From positions 87,029-119,028 of the forward strand of contig MGUI01000052.1 of the NCBI GenBank assembly GCA_001799895.1: DNA of 32,000 nt, read 5' to 3'. The notes under the pieces were generated by a model, which searched no databases, was not told where the DNA came from, and saw only the letters and a list, made by a program, of their open reading frames with translations. The position numbers were made by a program, and so were the translations under genes. Within the stretch, counting starts at the first letter, position 1. The number at the start of each line of letters is the position of its first letter. This document shows positions 17,491 to 29,140 of the stretch, piece after piece. Source of the stretch: Elusimicrobia bacterium GWD2_63_28 (lineage in GTDB: Bacteria > Elusimicrobiota > Elusimicrobia > Elusimicrobiales > UBA9959).

Positions 17491-18275
17491 TGGCGGCCCG
17501 CTTCCCGGCCGATAACCCGGTCCCCGCGGACCTGGAGCGGCATTTCGTCGAGCAGCCGCTGCCCGAGCTGTTCGCCAACATGGACGAGGACCTGTTCAAC
17601 CTGCGCTTTCTCGGCCTGAAGAAAGCGCAGGAGGATAAGCGCCGCGAGGCCGCCGCGCAGCTGGCCGCCCTTAAAGAGGAAGTGCTGACGAAAGGGCTGA
17701 TAAAGGCGCGCGGCGTCTACCGCTTCTTCCCGGCCGCTTCCGACGGCGACAAGATCCGAGTTTACGGCGGGGACGGGGCCGAAGCGGCCGTTCTGAACTT
17801 CCCGCGCCAGGCCGCCGGCGACCGCCTCTGCCTGGCCGACTTCACCGCCCCGGCGGCTGACGCTAAAAAAGATCATATCGCCCTGCTGGTAGTCACCTGC
17901 GGCGAGGGCGTGCTGGCCCTCGCCCGCCGAGAGCGCGAGGCCGGCAACTATGTGCGGTCCTACCTGGTAGAGGCGCTGGCCCTGACGCTGGCCGAGGCCT
18001 TCGCCGACGTGCTGCATTACCGCATCCGGCGGGAGTGGGGTATAGCGGAGGAGAACCCGGTCATCCCGCTGCTGCGCAGCAAGTACCGCGGCAAGCGCTA
18101 CTCCTTCGGCTACCCGGTCTGCCCGGACCTGGCCAACCAGGCTGTTCTATTCGACCTGCTCAAGCCCGAGCCCGACGCCGGCATCAAGCTGACCGACGGC
18201 TATATGATGGACCCTGAAGCCTCGGTCTCGGCCATAGTCTTCCACACCCCCGCCGCCGTCTACTTCGGCATCTAG
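17490..18275 (+). CDS. Methionine synthase activation (AdoMet-binding, reactivation) domain protein
   Basis: 261 aa. The GTG start overlaps the metH stop by 1 nt (TAGTG). Motifs: FPRQ, LCLADF, GYPVCPD, EASVSAIVFHTPAAVYF, as in the MetH C-terminal domain. Confidence 0.85.
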   Translation: MAARFPADNPVPADLERHFVEQPLPELFANMDEDLFNLRFLGLKKAQEDKRREAAAQLAALKEEVLTKGLIKARGVYRFFPAASDGDKIRVYGGDGAEAAVLNFPRQAAGDRLCLADFTAPAADAKKDHIALLVVTCGEGVLALARREREAGNYVRSYLVEALALTLAEAFADVLHYRIRREWGIAEENPVIPLLRSKYRGKRYSFGYPVCPDLANQAVLFDLLKPEPDAGIKLTDGYMMDPEASVSAIVFHTPAAVYFGI

Positions 18276-18316
18276 CCTGTCGAGGTTGAACCTCCACGAG
18301 GTTCAGCCTCGACAGG
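18276..18316 (+). terminator. Long hairpin directly after the metH-activation gene stop; probable terminator or RNA-stability element with no adjacent U-tract
   Basis: The 19-bp stem is CCTGTCGAGGTTGAACCTC / GAGGTTCAGCCTCGACAGG with one U.G pair and a 3-nt loop CAC. It starts 1 nt after TAG (18273-18275). Confidence 0.5.
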
Positions 18317-18342
18317 GAGTTGACATGGGACTTTTTTGGGTC

Positions 18343-18370
18343 TTGACAGCGGGGATTGGTCTGCTATACT
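18343..18370 (+). promoter_or_regulatory. Near-consensus sigma70 promoter P1 driving hairpin RNA copy 1
   Basis: -35 TTGACA (18343-18348), a 16-nt spacer, TGc (18362-18364), then -10 TATACT (18365-18370). The hairpin RNA begins 7 nt downstream of the -10. Confidence 0.6.
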
Positions 18371-18376
18371 ATGAAT

Positions 18377-18423
18377 GGGTCCGCGGCCCCTCTCAGTGGG
18401 TTTCTCGCGGGCCCTTTCTTTTT
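18377..18423 (+). ncRNA. Candidate 47-nt small RNA, copy 1 (hairpin plus U-tract)
   Basis: Sequence GGGTCCGCGGCCCCTCTCAGTGGGTTTCTCGCGGGCCCTTTCTTTTT. The 9-bp basal stem is 18377-18385 / 18406-18414 with one U.G pair. An inner CCC/GGG helix is possible. The U-tract is 18415-18423. It is 46/47 identical to copy 2. Confidence 0.5.
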
Positions 18424-18509
18424 GGATGGAAACGGGGAGGGAGGGAAGCGTTCCGCGGCCTGATTCCGGGGCCCGACCGGGCATGCTCCGGCCGTGCGCG
18501 GCGCACCCC

Positions 18510-18537
18510 TTGACAAGTCAAGACTATCTGCTATAAT
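18510..18537 (+). promoter_or_regulatory. Consensus sigma70 promoter P2 driving hairpin RNA copy 2
   Basis: -35 TTGACA (18510-18515), a 16-nt spacer, TGc (18529-18531), then -10 TATAAT (18532-18537). Geometry is the same as P1. Confidence 0.6.
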
Positions 18538-18543
18538 ATATTT

Positions 18544-18590
18544 GGGTCCGCGGCCCCTCTCAGTGGGTTTCTCGCGGACCCTTTCTTTTT
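18544..18590 (+). ncRNA. Candidate 47-nt small RNA, copy 2 (hairpin plus U-tract); may also act as terminator for the convergent WG-repeat gene
   Basis: Sequence GGGTCCGCGGCCCCTCTCAGTGGGTTTCTCGCGGACCCTTTCTTTTT. The perfect 9-bp basal stem is 18544-18552 / 18573-18581. It ends 4 nt before the stop codon (18594-18596) of the minus-strand gene. Confidence 0.5.
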
Positions 18591-18593
18591 GTC

Positions 18594-19553
18594 CTATTTC
18601 TTGTATTCAAAACCTTTGGCGTCTATGTAGAAGGAGCGGCCCCCCAGGCTTACCCTGGCTATGCCGCCGCGGAAGCCAGAGGCCTGCGAATACTTGAAAT
18701 CTATCACGGCCTTGCCGGTCTTGTCTATGTAGCCCCAGCCGCCGTGGAAATCCTTGAGCGCCGGCGCCAGGCCGCCCTCGAAGGAGGCGCACATGGCGAA
18801 GAGGGCCGGTATGGCCTGTTTGCCCTCTGAGTCTATGTAGCCGCAGCGGCCTTCCCCCTCCAGCGCCTGCGCGTGGGCCAGGCCCTCGCTGTAGGGCCCG
18901 ATGGCGACGAAGTCGCGCGCCTTGAAAGCCAGCGTCGAGCGGTTGATGAAGCCGTACCTGTCGCCCAGCCTGGCCGCCGCGAAGCCCCCGCTGAAAGGGA
19001 AGGCTTCGGCGTAGACCGGCGGGGTGGCTTCTTTGCCCGAGAGGTCTATGAAGCCGTACTTGCCGTTCACTTTCACCCGGGCCAGGCCCTCGCTCGGCGG
19101 GTAGATCTCTTCGTAGATGCCGCTGCGGAACTCGCGCGCGTCCCTGAGCAGCAGCCCCCAGCGCCCGCCCTTCTTGGCCGGCGCGGCGCCACCTGAGAAC
19201 TGCAGCAGCTCCTCGTATTCAAAAGGCACGGCCGTTTTTCCGGCCTTGTCCACGCAGCCCCAGAGCCCGCGCGATTTTACCGGCGCGCAGCCCTCGCTGA
19301 AAGAGCCGGCCGACTGGTAACGGGGGGGAATAGCCTTGCCGCCCTTCTTGTCTATGAAACCGTATTTTCCTCCGGAGCGCACCAGCGCCAGCCCCTCGCT
19401 GAAGGGCTCGGCGTAGTCGTAGCGCGCGGGTATGCGCAGTTTGCCGCCGGGCGCGGCGTAGCCCCACTTGCCGCCGGAGTTGAAAGGGATGAGTTCCTGC
19501 GCGGAGGCTCCGGCGCAGCAGGCCAGCAGCAGGGCAAAAGCTATTTTCTTCAT
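18594..19553 (-). CDS. Exported WG-repeat (KWG-type) protein
   Basis: 319 aa with signal peptide MKKIAFALLLACCAGASA. It has about eight repeats of the form GKWGYIDxxGKxxIPxxYxxAxxFSEGLAxV. Confidence 0.85.
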   Translation of the reverse strand: MKKIAFALLLACCAGASAQELIPFNSGGKWGYAAPGGKLRIPARYDYAEPFSEGLALVRSGGKYGFIDKKGGKAIPPRYQSAGSFSEGCAPVKSRGLWGCVDKAGKTAVPFEYEELLQFSGGAAPAKKGGRWGLLLRDAREFRSGIYEEIYPPSEGLARVKVNGKYGFIDLSGKEATPPVYAEAFPFSGGFAAARLGDRYGFINRSTLAFKARDFVAIGPYSEGLAHAQALEGEGRCGYIDSEGKQAIPALFAMCASFEGGLAPALKDFHGGWGYIDKTGKAVIDFKYSQASGFRGGIARVSLGGRSFYIDAKGFEYKK

Positions 19554-19638
19554 GGTAAAAATGATACCAATTTTTCCGGCGGCCGCCGCGCGCGCGAAAC
19601 TTCAGCCGGGGTTTCCGGGTTATTTGTATAATGGGCTT

Positions 19639-20121
19639 ATGAAAAAGAGAATCGCGGTTTACCCGGGCAGCTTCGACCCGGTCACCTTCGGCCACCTGGA
19701 CATAATAGACCGGGCGTCTAAAATTTTCGACCACCTCGTAGTCAGCGTGTTCGTGCACAGCGCCAAGAAACACCTGTTCTCGCTGGACGAGCGCGTGGCC
19801 ATGCTGAAGACCGCCCTGAAGGGCAAACGCAACGTGTCGGTGGACTGCTTCGAGGGGCTGCTGGTGGAGTTTGTGAAGAAAAAGAAGACCAGCGTGGTGG
19901 TGAGGGGCCTGCGCGCCATCTCCGACCTGGAGTATGAGTTCCAGATAGCGGCCACCAACCGCACCCTCTACCCCGGCATAGAGACCGTCTTCTTCATGCC
20001 GCGCCAGCGCTATACCTACCTGTCCTCGAGCATAGTGCGCGACATCGCCCATTTTAACGGCGACGTCTCCAAGCTGGTGCCGCCGCACGTGGCCAAGGCC
20101 ATAGCGAAACTGAAGCGCTAG
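19639..20121 (+). CDS. coaD: Pantetheine-phosphate adenylyltransferase
   Basis: The ORF track starts at 19468, but homology begins at ATG 19639 (MKKRIAVYPGSFDPVTFGHLDII...). The motif ISSSIVR is present. TATAAT (19627-19632) lies 6 nt upstream of the ATG and there is no SD. Confidence 0.92.
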   Translation: MKKRIAVYPGSFDPVTFGHLDIIDRASKIFDHLVVSVFVHSAKKHLFSLDERVAMLKTALKGKRNVSVDCFEGLLVEFVKKKKTSVVVRGLRAISDLEYEFQIAATNRTLYPGIETVFFMPRQRYTYLSSSIVRDIAHFNGDVSKLVPPHVAKAIAKLKR

Positions 20122-20134
20122 GCCCGCTATAAAT

Positions 20135-20165
20135 AAAAAACCCCGGCTCGAAACCGGGGTTTTTT
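20135..20165. terminator. Bidirectional Rho-independent terminator between coaD and the FecR-domain gene
   Basis: AAAAAA, stem CCCCGG (20141-20146) / CCGGGG (20154-20159), 7-nt loop, then TTTTTT (20160-20165). Confidence 0.85.
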
Positions 20166-20181
20166 ATTTACAGGGGAGGGC

Positions 20182-20907
20182 TTACTTCTTCTTCAGCTTT
20201 ATCTCCACGTCCTTGGACTTGCCGTCCTTGTCGATCTTCACCTTGAGGTTCCTGGCGCCCTTGGGGTCCAGGCCCACCTGCTCGAGGTATTTGCCTATGT
20301 CCTTCACGTCAATGCCGTCCTGCCATTTGCCCATCTCGGAGGCGCTCATCTGGCGGGGGGCGGCGGGGGCGGCGTTGGCCCCGGCCACGGTGCTGATCTG
20401 GCCGGCGCGCAGGGCCTGCTTGCCCAGCTTGTTCTGCAGCTCCACGTGGCCCTCGTAAACTTTAACCGTCATCAGTTCTTTCTGCTCGATGTCGGCCTCG
20501 GTGCCGCGCACGGCGCAGACGGCCGAAGGGGTGCGCACGCTGAGCTTGGCTTTCTTGTGCAGCATGCGGCTCCACACCTGGCCCACGGTCAGGTCGAACA
20601 TGGAGCGCACCCTGCTCTTGCCGGGGATGTCGAAGGTGGAATTCTCGTTGATGCGGACCTCGGCGCCGTCCTTGGTGACCATGGAGGCCTTGCCCCCGGG
20701 GCCGGTCTTAATGGAGTCGCCGGGCTGCATGGCCTCGTTGACCTTCAGTTCGGCATAGTCGGCGCCGCCGCGCTTAAGCTTCACGTCGCCCTGCACGAAA
20801 ACTATAACGCCGGCCATCTTTTCAGCGCAGAACGCGTAGCCGGAGGGCCAGAGCGCGGAAAAGGCGAAAGCCGCGGCCAGCGCCAGTGTAAGTTTGTTGA
20901 GTTTCAT
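20182..20907 (-). CDS. Exported FecR-domain protein
   Basis: 241 aa with signal peptide MKLNKLTLALAAAFAFSALWPSGYAFC. The FecR-like core is VIVFVQGDVKLKRGG..Y.ELKVNEAMQPGDSIKTGPGGKASMV..DGAEVRINENSTFDI. The tail is Lys-rich. Confidence 0.75.
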   Translation of the reverse strand: MKLNKLTLALAAAFAFSALWPSGYAFCAEKMAGVIVFVQGDVKLKRGGADYAELKVNEAMQPGDSIKTGPGGKASMVTKDGAEVRINENSTFDIPGKSRVRSMFDLTVGQVWSRMLHKKAKLSVRTPSAVCAVRGTEADIEQKELMTVKVYEGHVELQNKLGKQALRAGQISTVAGANAAPAAPRQMSASEMGKWQDGIDVKDIGKYLEQVGLDPKGARNLKVKIDKDGKSKDVEIKLKKK

Positions 20908-21023
20908 AATGTTTTGTCCCCTCTATATGGCGGCAGAGCCGCGCAAAAAGCCCATCTCTTAAATTATAGCCGAGGAAGAGGATTTAATCAATGTTAATTT
21001 GGTCACTTGTATCCTCATTGGCA

Positions 21024-21052
21024 TTGCCATTCTTATTGTTATCTATTATTAT
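21024..21052 (+). promoter_or_regulatory. Candidate sigma70 promoter for the 21087 gene and giant-protein operon
   Basis: -35 TTGCCA (21024-21029), a 17-nt spacer, then -10 TATTAT (21047-21052), in an AT-rich gap. SD AAGGAG (21075-21080) precedes ATG 21087. Confidence 0.45.
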
Positions 21053-21086
21053 ATGAGATGTTGTGAAAAGTGCGTAAGGAGATCAG

Positions 21087-21998
21087 ATGGGAAACGTCCC
21101 GTTTGCGGTTATCCTTTTCGCCGTTCTGACGCTTCCGGCCTCCGGGGGCGAGGGGGCGGTTTTACCCGCGGCTTCCGTGGGCGGCGGAATCGTGTCCGAA
21201 CAGGACATTTCGGACTGGCAGGCGGCGCAGGGGTGCTATGGCGAGGACGCCATTACCTCGCGCAAGGCCGGTTTCATGCGCATGTTCGAGGCCACCATAC
21301 TCGAAGATCTGCTGGTGCACCAGGCCACGCGGCCCATAAACGCGGAGGATTACGCCAAAGAAGTGGCGCGCATAGACAGGGAAACCCGCGCGCCGGACAT
21401 CCTGGGCTGCATTAAGAAATATTTCGGCGAGGGCACGGCCCGCTACGAAAGGGTCTTCATAAGGCCCATCCTGGCGCAGCGCTTCCTAAGGGAATACGTG
21501 AAAACGGACCCGGCGGTGCAGGCCAAAGCTTACGCGCAGCGCGAAGGCGCGCTGAAGGACATAGCCAAAAAGAAGGCCTTCAAGGCCATAGGGGAGGAGC
21601 GCGGCATCGCCTATTCCACCTCGGCCTACGCGGTGGAAGAGGACACCACCGCACCACAGGCCCTGGAGCCTTGGAAGCGCTGGTCGCCTTTCGAGGCCGC
21701 TTTCATCAACGAGCACCTGAAGGGCCTGAAACCGGGCGAGGTGAAGCCGCAGCCCATAGAGGACGAGGCTAACATAAAATTTGTGCGGCTGATAAAGATA
21801 GAAGGCAAAAAATACTATTTCGAGACGCTGACCATCGCCAAACTCACCACCGAAGACTACCTCAGGCGCGTCACCAAACTGCCTTGCAGGATTAACGACA
21901 GGGAATTGCACGACTGGGTGGCCCCCATAAAAGGCAACCCGCTGATAGCCCCGGCGGACCTGGATGGTCCGGGCGGAGCCAGTGGGGCCGGCAAGTAG
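21087..21998 (+). CDS. Exported hypothetical protein; possibly a SurA/PrsA-like chaperone with a degenerate parvulin-like C-terminal part
   Basis: 303 aa with a strong SD and a hydrophobic N-terminus MGNVPFAVILFAVLTLPASG. The C-terminal segment FINEHLKGLKPGEVKPQPIEDEANIKFVRLIKIEG loosely resembles PpiC-type PPIase. The function call is weak. Confidence 0.6.
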   Translation: MGNVPFAVILFAVLTLPASGGEGAVLPAASVGGGIVSEQDISDWQAAQGCYGEDAITSRKAGFMRMFEATILEDLLVHQATRPINAEDYAKEVARIDRETRAPDILGCIKKYFGEGTARYERVFIRPILAQRFLREYVKTDPAVQAKAYAQREGALKDIAKKKAFKAIGEERGIAYSTSAYAVEEDTTAPQALEPWKRWSPFEAAFINEHLKGLKPGEVKPQPIEDEANIKFVRLIKIEGKKYYFETLTIAKLTTEDYLRRVTKLPCRINDRELHDWVAPIKGNPLIAPADLDGPGGASGAGK

Positions 21999-22011
21999 GA
22001 AAATAAAAACG

Positions 22012-29031
<7,020 letters not shown>

Positions 29032-29077
29032 CTGGAGGGGACGCTGTTTACTATATGACTATTTGAGCTGAAATTTC

Positions 29078-29096
29078 GAGAGTAGAGAGTAGAGGG
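29078..29096 (+). repeat. Tandem heptamer GAGAGTA x2 (+GAGGG) in the gap between the two giant genes
   Basis: GAGAGTAGAGAGTAGAGGG read directly from the sequence. Function is unknown. Confidence 0.6.
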
Positions 29097-29140
29097 ACGT
29101 TGCTTAGTTTTTGAGTTTTGGTCTGCGGGCGCGGTTCTAT

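Noticed and set aside
18377-18590. The two 47-nt repeats read as a mini CRISPR array
   Set aside because: There are only two copies, separated by 120 nt that includes a promoter. Each repeat ends in a U-tract terminator. No cas genes are present and the spacing is not CRISPR-like.
18272-18697. Short ORFs in the non-coding gap (18286-18513 + 75 aa, 18272-18484 - 70 aa, 18494-18697 + 67 aa)
   Set aside because: They have no SD and run straight through the hairpins and promoter boxes. The duplicated segment is conserved as DNA/RNA structure rather than as a reading frame.
20999-21415. 138-aa ORF starting with a hydrophobic peptide (VTCILIGIAILIVIYYYMRCCEKC...) in the AT-rich gap
   Set aside because: It uses a non-ATG start without an SD. 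It covers the predicted promoter and then runs out of frame through the well-supported 21087 gene. The hydrophobicity reflects T-rich promoter DNA.
21964-22011. An upstream extension of the giant ORF (start at 21964), and likewise of DJ-1 (2985) and coaD (19468)
   Set aside because: The extensions overlap the preceding gene or intergenic promoter sequence and add non-homologous residues. Internal ATGs with SD signals (22012, 3021) or a proximal -10 box (19639), together with the onset of signal peptide or homology, fit better.
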